DNA of 63,497 bases, the filler included. It is 6 parts of 6 records of this genome, joined end to end, with 100 filler letters (N's around TTAATTAATTAA, not from the genome) between each part and the next. Parts side by side here need not be neighbours in the genome. Positions count along the whole stretch, not along the records: positions 15,992 to 36,283 come from SRR2962707_4896; positions 36,384 to 51,606 come from SRR2962707_4899; 4 more parts are not named here. One strand, written 5' to 3'. This document shows positions 29,206 through 38,760 of this stretch, piece by piece. Position numbers and translations under genes: made by a program. Under the pieces are notes generated by a model that saw only the letters and a list, made by a program, of their open reading frames with translations, was not told the DNA's origin and made no database searches. Position 1 is the stretch's first letter. Every line of letters starts with the position of its first letter.

Positions 29206-29814
29206 ATGCATGGTTTGATCAACCGCACAGTTGAGAGTTTCGTTTCAGACAACTACGGCGAGGCCCGGTGGCACAGAATTTTGCAAAATGCCGATGTGGG
29301 TCTCGCGACTTTCGAAGCCATGCTGATGTACGAGGATCAGATTACTTTCGACGTTCTGGATGCGGTTTCTGAGGAACTGGCGAAGCCTAGGGACGTCGTC
29401 TTGGAAGATATCGGAATTTATCTGGTATCTCACCCGAATACAGAGGCGCTGAGGAGGTTGCTGCGCTTTGCGGGTGTCGACTTTGTCGATTTCCTTCATT
29501 CGCTTGAGGAGCTGCCCGAGCGAGCGAGGTTGGCTGTTCCTGACATTGAGCTGCCCACTATTCACCTGTTCGAGCAGAACACCTCTGATTTTGTTTTGGA
29601 ACTGCAAAGCCCACAAAGCATTTTTGGCCCGGTTTTTTTTGGGATCTTGCAGGCCATGGCAGATGACTACGGGACATTGGTTTTCCTGGACCAAAAAGGG
29701 CGTAATGGGTCAACAGACAAGATCGCAATAACCGTTATCGATACAGAGTTTTCGGATGGTCGCGATTTTGCCTTGGCAACAGGCGCTCTGGATCGCCGGC
29801 GGACGGACGCATGA
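29206..29814 (+). CDS. H-NOX (HNOB) family protein, atypical
   Basis: MHGLINR...YGEARW...YED...LEDIG...FLHSL matches the H-NOX fold pattern; coupled to the next gene by ATGA. Confidence 0.88.
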   Translation: MHGLINRTVESFVSDNYGEARWHRILQNADVGLATFEAMLMYEDQITFDVLDAVSEELAKPRDVVLEDIGIYLVSHPNTEALRRLLRFAGVDFVDFLHSLEELPERARLAVPDIELPTIHLFEQNTSDFVLELQSPQSIFGPVFFGILQAMADDYGTLVFLDQKGRNGSTDKIAITVIDTEFSDGRDFALATGALDRRRTDA

Positions 29815-30797
29815 ACAGCCCAAACAAGATGTTGGATGTCCTGTGCCCTATGCATGCGTCTTTGGACAGTGACGGGGTTATCTGCCATGTCGGGCCGACA
29901 CTCAAGAAGTTGGATCCCGGTTTGATAGGGCGGCGATTTCTTGATGCTTTTGAGATTCGTCGCCCGAAGTCGATTTCAACTCCCGCTGATCTGGTCGGAT
30001 TGGAAAAGCGACAGCTGAAACTACGTTTCAGGAAGGGGCGTCAGACAGAATTTAAGGGGGTGCTCATATCGGTCGAAGGCCACGGGATTATTGTCAAACT
30101 TGCGTTCGGGATCAATTTAGTTGAGGGCGTACGGGATTACGCGTTAACGAATGTTGATTTCGACCCAACGGATCTCACAGTTGAGATGCTCTACCTTATC
30201 GAGGCCAAGTCTGCGGCGATGGAGGCGTCTCGCACTCTGAACCAGCGTTTGCGGGTTGCTTGGATTGCGGCGGAAGAACAGGCTTTTACCGATACGTTGA
30301 CGGGGCTGAAAAACCGACGGGCCCTAAACCATGTTCTGGAGCGGTTGGTTGGGAGTGATCAGGGCTTTTCGATTCTTCACCTCGATCTGGATTTCTTTAA
30401 ACAGGTTAATGACAGCCTAGGCCATGCGGCAGGCGATTTTGTTTTGCAAGAGGTGTCTCGGCGCATGCTGGGCGAAACAAGACGCCAGGATGCGATTGCG
30501 CGGGTCGGTGGGGATGAGTTCACGCTGGTATTGGCTGAGCATGTCTCGCGCAGGGAATTATCCATTATCGCTGCACGCCTCATTTCTGCGATCGAAGTGC
30601 CGATTATTTTCGAAGGGGAGGCGTGCGAATTGTCTGGCAGTATTGGAATTGCCTGTTCGTTGGATTTTGAGGAGGTGCCAATCGATGGGCTGCTCGAGGT
30701 GGCGGATCAGGCGCTTTACGCGGCCAAGCGTAAAGGTCGAAGGCAATATGCCTTTGCTGATCCTCGGACGACTGACGCTCAACAAAAAAACGCTTGA
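29811..30797 (+). CDS. Diguanylate cyclase with an N-terminal HNOBA/PAS-like domain
   Basis: LCPMH...VGPTL...FEIRRP (sGC HNOBA-like), TDTLTGLKNRR, RRQD I-site, RVGGDEF. Confidence 0.9.
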   Translation: MNSPNKMLDVLCPMHASLDSDGVICHVGPTLKKLDPGLIGRRFLDAFEIRRPKSISTPADLVGLEKRQLKLRFRKGRQTEFKGVLISVEGHGIIVKLAFGINLVEGVRDYALTNVDFDPTDLTVEMLYLIEAKSAAMEASRTLNQRLRVAWIAAEEQAFTDTLTGLKNRRALNHVLERLVGSDQGFSILHLDLDFFKQVNDSLGHAAGDFVLQEVSRRMLGETRRQDAIARVGGDEFTLVLAEHVSRRELSIIAARLISAIEVPIIFEGEACELSGSIGIACSLDFEEVPIDGLLEVADQALYAAKRKGRRQYAFADPRTTDAQQKNA

Positions 30798-30825
30798 GGG
30801 CCTTTGCTCAACTGGCCATGCTGAG

Positions 30826-32166
30826 ATGAATTTTTCAAATCCGAAAGTGTTTCCCGTGCGTGCAATTTTTTTGGCCCTTTGCCTTAGCATTCTTCCTCAA
30901 GTCATCGCAGCGCAGTCGACGGCGCAGCTTTCAGGGGTGATCGAAATCTCGGACAGTGCCGCGCAAGATGCTGCTATGGCTGTTCGAATTCGGGATATTC
31001 TTGCGCAATTGGATGGGTTTGACGATATCACCGTGGCGGTAAGCGCCGGCATTGTAACCCTTAGAGGGACAACGCTCGACAGCAACACGTCTGATCGGTT
31101 GAATGAGCTTGTTGGACGGGTCGAAGGTGTTGTTGCGATTGAGAATGAGGTTTCTGAAACGACGGACCTGGTTCAACGGTTGAATCCGGCTTGGGATCGC
31201 TTTGTGGAGCGGGTCTCGCAGCTGGTTTCCTTCCTGCCCTTGGCGGCCGTCGCGGTTGTCGCCTTGTCTCTGGTCACTTTTAGCGGTTTTGCCATCGCCC
31301 GATTGCGCCGTCCCTGGGATCGAATCGCGCCAAATGCCTTTATCGCAGACATCCTGAGACAGCTTGTGCGACTGGCCTTTTTTGTGGCCGGGATTGTTGT
31401 CGCGCTCGACATTCTTGGTGCGACGGCGCTGTTGTCCACAATCTTGGGGGCGGCGGGGATCGTTGGCCTCGCCATCGGCTTTGCGGTGCGCGACACCGTT
31501 GAGAATTTCATCGCCTCGATCATGTTGTCGATTCGACAGCCGTTTCGCCCTAACGATACAATCGAAATCGGCGGCGACACTGGTAAAGTGATCCGGCTGA
31601 CCAGTCGGGCAACAATTTTACTAAGTTTCGATGGCAACCACATCCGAATCCCCAACTCGACTGTTTTTAAAAGTCGAATCGTTAATTTTTCCCGAAATGA
31701 CGAAAGGCGCTTTGTTTTTGATGTTGGGGTCGCGTCGGATACCGATTTGGCTCGTGCGACAGAGATTGCTTTGACCACATTGGAAGGCTTGCCATTTACT
31801 CTTAAGAGCCCCGCCGCGAATGTTTGGATTGAAGCTTTGGGAGACAGCTCGGTCACATTGCGGCTCGTGGCGTGGATAGCGCAGCACGAAACCAGCTTTG
31901 TTATGGCTCGGGGGGAGGCTATTCGCCTTGTAAAGCTGGCACTTGAGGATGATGGGATCGTCTTGCCTGAGCCGACCTATCGCCTTGTTGGCGCGCCTGC
32001 TGTACCCGGCGAACCTGCGCAGCCGACTCCAGCGGTAAAGCGAGAAACCGATATTGTTCAGGATGTTGCTGCAACAGCAGAACAGGAGCTTGAGCGGATT
32101 GTGGAGGATGAAAGAGAGGAAACACGTGAAAAGGATTTGCTGAAGACGGACGCTTTGGAAGAATAG
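30826..32166 (+). CDS. MscS mechanosensitive channel with an N-terminal BON domain
   Basis: Signal peptide, GIVTLRG...VEGVVAIEN (BON), GLAIGFAVRDTVENFIAS, PFRPND, IRIPNS. Start at 30826 or GTG 30856. Confidence 0.9.
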   Translation: MNFSNPKVFPVRAIFLALCLSILPQVIAAQSTAQLSGVIEISDSAAQDAAMAVRIRDILAQLDGFDDITVAVSAGIVTLRGTTLDSNTSDRLNELVGRVEGVVAIENEVSETTDLVQRLNPAWDRFVERVSQLVSFLPLAAVAVVALSLVTFSGFAIARLRRPWDRIAPNAFIADILRQLVRLAFFVAGIVVALDILGATALLSTILGAAGIVGLAIGFAVRDTVENFIASIMLSIRQPFRPNDTIEIGGDTGKVIRLTSRATILLSFDGNHIRIPNSTVFKSRIVNFSRNDERRFVFDVGVASDTDLARATEIALTTLEGLPFTLKSPAANVWIEALGDSSVTLRLVAWIAQHETSFVMARGEAIRLVKLALEDDGIVLPEPTYRLVGAPAVPGEPAQPTPAVKRETDIVQDVAATAEQELERIVEDEREETREKDLLKTDALEE

Positions 32167-32189
32167 TTCATTTTTTCTTCGACTAGGGC

Positions 32190-32218
32190 TTGATCACCAA
32201 AGAATCCCGGCGTAATAC
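32190..32218 (+). promoter_or_regulatory. Sigma70 promoter of tRNA-Gln
   Basis: TTGATC-N17-TAATAC, ending 12 nt upstream of the tRNA. Confidence 0.65.
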
Positions 32219-32230
32219 CCACGCCACAGT

Positions 32231-32305
32231 TGGGATGTAGCCAAGTGGTAAGGCAACTGTTTTTGGTACAGTGTACCGTAGGTTCGAATCCTACCATCCC
32301 AGCCA
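32231..32305 (+). tRNA. tRNA-Gln (TTG)
   Basis: TGGGATG/CATCCCA acceptor stem, anticodon stem ACTGT-TTTTGGT-ACAGT, GGTTCGAATCC T arm, encoded CCA. Confidence 0.96.
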
Positions 32306-33868
32306 AATCTCGTTTTTCGAGGAATTGAGGCCGTCCACCGCACTTGAGCGGGCGGCAACGGCCGTGGTTTCCGCCAAGAGATCAAAGGGTTGGCGGAAGG
32401 TGGCGACCACCTCACCATCCTCCCAAGAGCAGTTCGAAAGTACGAAGTTGAGGAGGCGGCGCTTTTCGCGGGCGGGCTGGCGTTCGAACAGCGCCTGTGC
32501 ATTGCGGGCGAGTTCGAGAATCCGCACGCCCTCGTCCATGTAGGACTGCTCAGCTTCTTGGTGTCGCTCGATGTCGCGCAGACAGCGGGTCTGATCCTCG
32601 CGCCACTGACCGGCCATCTTTTCGAAGAACTCGCCACCGATCTTGCCGTCTAACTTGTCGATATACATTGCGTCGATACGGGCTTGGAGACGGTCGTATT
32701 CCGCGCGGAGCCGTTTGATCGCCTCCTCGTGCTCGTGGCGTTCGTCCGCATGGCTGGCGTGCAGCGCCTCGCGCACCCACTCCAGAACCTCGTCGTCGAA
32801 CCGAAGCTGGCCAAGCATGGCAGTGAATTGCTTCTCCAGCACCTCCTCGCGCACATACTTGCGGCGGCAGGAGGCGGGCTCGCCCCGGCATTTGTCCGCG
32901 TAGCCGGTGCAGTGGTAGTAGATATACTTCTGTTTCTTGATCTCGCCGACCACCGAGCAGCCGCAGCGCCCGCAGGCGATCAGGCCCGAGAAGGCAAAGT
33001 CGTGGGTCATGCGCCGATGCTTGCTGGCGTTCCGGCCGTCCATCACGCCCTGCACGCGCTCCCATGCCTCGACCGAGACCAGCGGATCGTGCTTGCCCTG
33101 ATAGATCTTGCCGTTCCACTCGAACCAACCAGAATAGAGGCGATTGCGCAGGATCGAATGCACGGTACTTGTGGGCACCGGCTTACCGCTCTTCTTGTAA
33201 ACGAGACCGGCACCGCGGGCCTTCTTAGCCACCTCTTTTAACGCAAACTCGCCGGTCGCATACCACTCGAACAACTTCGAGACGATCGGAGCAACCTCGG
33301 GATCGACGGCGATGACCTTGCGCCCGTCCGGACCGGTGACGTTCAGGTAGCCTAGCGGTGTCTTGGTCGGCCAGATGCCTTGCTCGGCCTTCTCCTGCTG
33401 ACCTTTTCGGGCCTCCTCGGACAGGTTGTCGATGTAGTTCTTCGCCATCAGCACCTTGATGCCGTGCATGAACTTTTCCGAAGACCGCGACTCGCGCGAC
33501 AGGACCACTCCTTCCTTGGGGAAATGGATCTCCGCGTCTAACTCGTCGATCGTGACCCAATCCTTGAGGTTGCGGTAAAGCCGGTCGGTTTTCTCGACGA
33601 GGATTACCCGCACATCCGGATGCGCCCGCAGCCAGGTGACCATCTCGCCGAAAGCGCCGCGACCAGTCTGCTTGGCGGTTTCCACATCCACATATTCCTG
33701 CGCGACCGTGAACCCCTCGGCGGCAGCGTAGTCCTTGAGCAGCTTCAACTGGGCCGGGATCGAATAGCGCTCCCTTTCCTGCTCCTTGGACGACACACGG
33801 GCATAGATCACCGCACGGGTGCTTGGCGGCGGGGCGGAGGGCTTTGGTGTGAGTGTTCTGGCTGGCAT
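32291..33868 (-). CDS. Large serine recombinase (integrase), 525 aa
   Basis: AVIYARVSS catalytic Ser, EKTDRLYRN, TPLGY recombinase domain, Zn ribbon (CGRCG...YYHC), coiled coil. Stop codon lies inside the tRNA. Confidence 0.93.
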   Translation of the reverse strand: MPARTLTPKPSAPPPSTRAVIYARVSSKEQERERYSIPAQLKLLKDYAAAEGFTVAQEYVDVETAKQTGRGAFGEMVTWLRAHPDVRVILVEKTDRLYRNLKDWVTIDELDAEIHFPKEGVVLSRESRSSEKFMHGIKVLMAKNYIDNLSEEARKGQQEKAEQGIWPTKTPLGYLNVTGPDGRKVIAVDPEVAPIVSKLFEWYATGEFALKEVAKKARGAGLVYKKSGKPVPTSTVHSILRNRLYSGWFEWNGKIYQGKHDPLVSVEAWERVQGVMDGRNASKHRRMTHDFAFSGLIACGRCGCSVVGEIKKQKYIYYHCTGYADKCRGEPASCRRKYVREEVLEKQFTAMLGQLRFDDEVLEWVREALHASHADERHEHEEAIKRLRAEYDRLQARIDAMYIDKLDGKIGGEFFEKMAGQWREDQTRCLRDIERHQEAEQSYMDEGVRILELARNAQALFERQPAREKRRLLNFVLSNCSWEDGEVVATFRQPFDLLAETTAVAARSSAVDGLNSSKNEIWLGW

Positions 33869-33904
33869 GGTGTTTAGTATATGGTTTACACCCAGGAAAG
33901 GCAA
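33869..33904 (-). promoter_or_regulatory. Sigma70 promoter of the recombinase, probably leaderless
   Basis: Minus strand TTGCCT-N17-TATACT-N7-ATG; no Shine-Dalgarno; GGTGT..ACACC inverted repeat spans the -10. Confidence 0.6.
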
Positions 33905-33917
33905 CCGGAATGAGGTT

Positions 33918-34463
33918 TCAATTTCGGTTGTACCCTTCCTCGCCGCGGGTGAGCAGGATCTGTTTCCAGAATGTCTCACGCTGCAAGATGATGTCATCGG
34001 CCGTCGCCACCGATCGGGTCTCAAGCAGCGCGAAGCGGAGCGATCCACGGAAATGATCGATCCCGGCTTCCTCCAACAACCGCCGAAGCTCGACGTTTCC
34101 GCCATGACCTGTTTCGACATAGGCACACCATCGGGACCAGATGCCAGCATCACCGTAGGCCGCTCCGACGTATCGCCTGCGGCGCGACGCGTCCGTGATC
34201 AGGTAGATACCTTTCACGCTCTGCAGGGCCGAACGCCAGTCCGACCTGCCCTCGGGGTCTGCCGCCCATGCGCGCCATTGCAGGGCATCGGGGATGGGCG
34301 AGCTGTAGTCGTCCTTGGTAAGTTCGAGCTCCTGATCCTGATCGTCGATGATCTTGAGGAAGAACATCCAACACAGCTGGCTGATGCGCTGGGCATCACC
34401 ATCCACGCCGGTGTCTTTGCGCATGATGTCTTGGATGGATTTGACGGGGGTACGGACGGACAT
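33918..34463 (-). pseudogene. In-frame chimera of a type I R-M HsdM N-terminus (about 72 aa) and a GIY-YIG nuclease domain
   Basis: VKSIQDIMRKDTGVDGDAQRISQLCWMFFLK...WAADPEG (type IB HsdM start) joined at about 34248 to DWRSALQSVKGIYLITD...YVGAAYG...RW...RETFWK...GYNRN. Confidence 0.85.
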
Positions 34464-34466
34464 TGG

Positions 34467-36283
34467 TTATGCGGTCTCCTGATAGAGCGCGTCCTGCAAT
34501 TCGTGGACGGCTTTTTCGAAGCTCGCCTTGTTGCCGAACGCTTTGATGAGTTGAACAACGCTGCCCATTTCGGTGAAGGGCGTGACCTTCAGCACGTTGA
34601 CGTCGTCGAGATTGAGCACCCCCTCGTCGCGGTACTTTTCCAGCAGAGCGTCGAGGACAGCGCGGGCCTGCGGCCCGTATTTGGTAAACACATCGCGCTT
34701 CTTGACGTTCTCGGCCCGCTCGCGGCGCGTGAGGGGCTTTGCGTCAAAGGCGACGTGGCAGATCAGGTCGAACGGATCGAGGTTCTTTCCAAGCTCGTCG
34801 GCGATGGCATCAAGCGCCAGCCCTTCGGCCTCCAGTTCATCGACGATGGCCTGCTTGCGTTCCGCGGATTTCCAGCGTTTCAGAAACTCGTCGAGGCTGG
34901 CAAAGCGCTTCTTGAGCGCGTTCTTGGTGAAATCGCGCAGGGATTCTGTGACAAGCTTGCCGTACTCGTCGAGGTATTCAACGCGCTCAGCTATGATGCG
35001 AGCGCCAACGCCATCGATGTAGATCTTGCGTACAGGATCGCCCGAAGGTAGCGGCAGGCCCGGCTGATCGACGATGGTTTCGTCTTCACCCGGCATTGGC
35101 GGGATCACTTCGTCGCCCTCGGGCGAAGCTGGTTCTTCGTCCGGCGGCGTCATCGGGTCATCTGTGCCGGGCGCGTAGATCTGCACCGGATCGCCGTCGA
35201 AATCTGGGTCCGCGAAATGCGCGGTCGCACCGCGAAAGTCGATCAGAGTGAAATAGAACTTCTTGGTGTCTTCATGCACGCGGGTCCCGCGCCCGACGAT
35301 CTGCTTGAACTCGGTCATTGAGCCGATTTCACGGTCGAGAACGATCAGGCGGCAGGTCTGCGCATCGACGCCGGTGGACAGAAGGCGCGAGGTCGTGACC
35401 AGCACGGGCCATTTCGATTCCGGGTCGATGAAGTTGCCAAGCTGGTCCTGACCCTCCTTGTCGCTGCCGGTGATCCGCATGACATAACGCGCGTTCTCGG
35501 CCACCAGATCGGCGTTTTCATTGATCAGCGCCTGACGCATGCGGGCGGCGTGTTCCTGGTCGACACAGAACACGATTGTTTTCTGGTAGCGGTCGCCGCT
35601 TTCCTTGAGGAATGCAGTGATCTTCTTTGCCGTCAGAAGGGTGCGATCGTCCAGCACCACGGTGCGGTCGAAGTCCTTGGCGTTGTAGATGCGGTCCTCG
35701 ACCTCGTTGCCGTCGCGGTCCAACTGGCCCTTTTCAGGCCGGTAGCCTTCGACGTCCCGGTCGATGTGAACCTTGATGACCTTGTAGGGCGCGAGAAAGC
35801 CGTCGCTGATCCCCTGCTTAAGCGAATAGGTGAACACCGGCTCGCCAAAATATTCCGTGTTGGAGATGTATTCCGTCTCTTTCGGCGTGGCGGTCAGGCC
35901 GATTTGCGTCGCGCCAGAAAAATGGTTGAGGATTTCACGCCAGGCGGAGTCCTCGGCGGCGCTGCCGCGATGGCATTCGTCAATGACAATCAGGTCGAAG
36001 AAGTCCTGGGAGAACTCCTTGAACAGCTTCTGGCGATCTTCCGGCCCAGTGATCGCCTGATAGAGGCCAAGATAAACTTCGAAGGCGGTGTCGATGCGGC
36101 GCTTCTTGTCGAGCGCCAGAGTCAGATCAATAGAGGTGCCATCCTGCCATCCTGCCGTTCGATGGTCTTGGAATTGGTGGAAAGCTTCGCCATCGCCGCA
36201 CCGAAAGGGCGGAAGTCGTTCACCATAGTCTGGTCGATCAGCACATTGCGGTCGGCAAGGAACAGGATGCGCTTGTTGCCTTC
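34467..36283 (-). pseudogene. hsdR: Type I restriction endonuclease subunit R (EcoAI/EcoEI type), 5' truncated by the contig end and frameshifted
   Basis: [38 protein letters not shown], EcoEI-type C-terminus. An 8-bp duplication at 36137-36156 shifts the frame to a stop at 36122-36124. Confidence 0.9.
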
Positions 36284-36383
36284 NNNNNNNNNNNNNNNNN
36301 NNNNNNNNNNNNNNNNNNNNNNNNNNNTTAATTAATTAANNNNNNNNNNNNNNNNNNNNNNNNNNNNNNNNNNNNNNNNNNNN
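36284..36383. other. Artificial contig linker
   Basis: N44-TTAATTAATTAA-N44; sharp drop in GC after it. Confidence 0.99.
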
Positions 36384-36385
36384 GA

Positions 36386-37543
36386 GCTGTCGGTACTTCA
36401 GAGATTGCTGATGGGAGTGTTGACATCTCCGATGACACCAACCTATCAGCAGGATCTGGTATCACGCTCACTGGTGATGCTCTCGCACTAAGTGATGTAG
36501 CTGCTAACACCATTCTGGCTAATAACACTGCCGGTACAGCCGCACCAACAGCAATAACCACAACAGATTTCAGAACACTGATCAATGTTGAAGATGGTGC
36601 TGCTGCTGATCAAACCGCTGCAGAAGTTACCTCCACTGCAACTGGCAACATTGGATCAACTAACGTTGATGCAGCAATTGCTGAGCTTGAAGCAGAAAAA
36701 CAACCACTTGATGCTGGGTTGACTTCCATTTCAGGGTTGTCTACCTCAGCAAACCAAATGATTTATACAACCGGAACCGATGTATATGCTACAACTAGTG
36801 TGACCGCAGCTGGTTTGGCCATTTTGGACGATGCAGATGCCACAGCTCAAAGAGCGACTCTGGGACTTGTAATTGACACTGATGTCCAAGCTTATTCATC
36901 AACTCTAGATACCTATTCGGGAATCGCCCCAAGTACGGACGTTCAATCCATGCTCGGCTCAGCGGATGATGCCACTATTAGATCGAACATTGGGTTAGGC
37001 TCAATTGCCATACTAAATGCTATTACTACAAGTGAGATAACTGACGGGACAATCGCTGACGGAGATCTAGATAAAACCAACATTCCTGTTAGTGGTTTTG
37101 GGGCAGCTCAAGCAAATGTTGATATGGGTGGATTTAACCTTATAAATACTTCAGATAGACGTCTTAAGGAGAATATCTCTCTCTTGCAAAACACACTTTC
37201 TAAGCTTGATCAATTAGGAGGTTACAATTACAACTATAAAGCTGATGCAGACAAGCGCAAACAAATTGGTGTAATTGCTCAAGAACTTGAAGAGGTATTC
37301 CCTGAATTGGTATTTACCAATGAAGATGGATTTAAAGCAGTCAACTATCAAGGACTTGTGCCGGTTCTTATCCAAGCGATAAAAGAACAGCAGTCAGAAA
37401 TCAGTCAGCTAACCAAAAAAGTAGCTGAACAGGAGTCAAAACTATCGGAGCTTTCTTCTGACAATGAGACTATGAAAGGTGATCTTGAAATGATCAAGAA
37501 AATGTTATTGGGTGATTCATCTGCTAAAAAAGAAGACAAATGA
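36386..37543 (+). CDS. Tail-fibre-like protein with a C-terminal peptidase S74 intramolecular chaperone (5' truncated)
   Basis: Frame open from the contig edge; KQPLDAGLTSISGL and LDDADATAQRATLGL fibre-like motifs; TSDRRLKENI...IGVIAQELEEVFPELV...VNYQGLVPVLIQAIKE plus a coiled coil. Confidence 0.88.
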   Translation, partial: AVGTSEIADGSVDISDDTNLSAGSGITLTGDALALSDVAANTILANNTAGTAAPTAITTTDFRTLINVEDGAAADQTAAEVTSTATGNIGSTNVDAAIAELEAEKQPLDAGLTSISGLSTSANQMIYTTGTDVYATTSVTAAGLAILDDADATAQRATLGLVIDTDVQAYSSTLDTYSGIAPSTDVQSMLGSADDATIRSNIGLGSIAILNAITTSEITDGTIADGDLDKTNIPVSGFGAAQANVDMGGFNLINTSDRRLKENISLLQNTLSKLDQLGGYNYNYKADADKRKQIGVIAQELEEVFPELVFTNEDGFKAVNYQGLVPVLIQAIKEQQSEISQLTKKVAEQESKLSELSSDNETMKGDLEMIKKMLLGDSSAKKEDK

Positions 37544-38760
37544 GAAAACTCATTTACATATTGATTCTTGCTCCCTGCTTTGTTCAGGCACAGCAATTCT
37601 ATGTTGGAGGAAATGCGTTGGTTCATATATCCGATGGCGCCAACTTGGAAATAGGTGGCAACCTTGAAAATACAGGCGCCATTCAAAATCTTGGCTCAAT
37701 TTCTCTTTATGGCAATTGGACTATTAATAACAACTTCAATGGACTTGCAGGTGAACTAAAGTTCCTTGGAGGAGGCAATCAGATGGTTGCGCCACCACAA
37801 CTTACAGTCAGTGAGCTTACCATCAATCAGGGCGGATCAGTTACGTTCCCCGGTGATGAATATATTGTCACTGATCGAATTGATTTTCAATTTGGCAACA
37901 TAGAGATTGGTGAAAATACACGTTTCGTATTAGGAGAAAACGCCAGAGTCATTGGTGGCTCCAATGACTCCTATTTTGACGGAACAATCATTGCTCGTGG
38001 CAGTGGTATTAAAAAATTCCCTGTTGGTAACAATGGCATTCATGCACCAGTCTCGTTACTAAATGTTTTTGGCGTGGGAACTGAAATAGCAGCTTCTTTC
38101 CTTTATCCAAATCCGGTGACTCCTAAACCAGCGGATACATTACTTGGTGTTTCACATCGTGGTTTATGGGAAGTTGAATTGATTGGTGGTGCAACTGATC
38201 CAACAAAAGTTGAGCTTGAATTTAATGAGGAGGATCTATCAGATTTACTTATCAGAAATAACATTCGACATAGAGTTAATTCACCTGTCATAGCCTACTC
38301 GACAAATCCAACAGGGTTTTATGGCTCATTGGGTGTTGAAGAACTCCTCAATTCCGATTCACTTACATACGGTACCATTACAGGGGAATTGAATGTTCAA
38401 CCAATGATTGGAGAAAAAATCTATTTGGCGGTTGGTCTGGCTCCCAGGATTCCAAATCAAGGTCTCTCTTTCATACCTGAAGTCTTTTCACCGAATGCAT
38501 CAGATCCCGATAATCAATCATTCAGAATATTTGGAGAAAATATTCTTGAAGAGAATTTCTCACTCGTCATCTACAACAAATTCGGAACTCAAGTATATGC
38601 TACTACTTCTTTCAATGAAGCCAACAAGGTGGGATGGAATGGGACCAATCAAGCAACTGGAGCTGATGAGCCAACAGGCATCTACTATTATTCTGTTCGG
38701 TTCAAGTATGTATCAGGGTTAACTAATGAAAAAAGTGGAGCATTTTATCTAGTGAAATGA
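37540..38760 (+). CDS. T9SS substrate with a type-B (gliding-motility-associated) C-terminal domain
   Basis: Signal peptide ending AQ; IPEVFSPN...N..F...IYNKFG..VY...WNG...GIYYY...GAFYLVK. Confidence 0.88.
   Translation: MRKLIYILILAPCFVQAQQFYVGGNALVHISDGANLEIGGNLENTGAIQNLGSISLYGNWTINNNFNGLAGELKFLGGGNQMVAPPQLTVSELTINQGGSVTFPGDEYIVTDRIDFQFGNIEIGENTRFVLGENARVIGGSNDSYFDGTIIARGSGIKKFPVGNNGIHAPVSLLNVFGVGTEIAASFLYPNPVTPKPADTLLGVSHRGLWEVELIGGATDPTKVELEFNEEDLSDLLIRNNIRHRVNSPVIAYSTNPTGFYGSLGVEELLNSDSLTYGTITGELNVQPMIGEKIYLAVGLAPRIPNQGLSFIPEVFSPNASDPDNQSFRIFGENILEENFSLVIYNKFGTQVYATTSFNEANKVGWNGTNQATGADEPTGIYYYSVRFKYVSGLTNEKSGAFYLVK

Larger units (their letters stand above)
32291..36283. mobile_element. 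Genomic island integrated at tRNA-Gln (one end only; runs off the contig)
   Basis: Recombinase abuts and overlaps the tRNA 3' end; visibly higher GC than the flank; restriction-modification cargo. Confidence 0.8.

Noticed and set aside
33869-34153. 95-aa N-terminal extension of the recombinase in the ORF track
   Set aside because: It overlaps the GIY-YIG region in another frame, and a promoter sits directly before ATG 33868. Similar over-extensions were trimmed for yejA, cycM, nudC and mscS.
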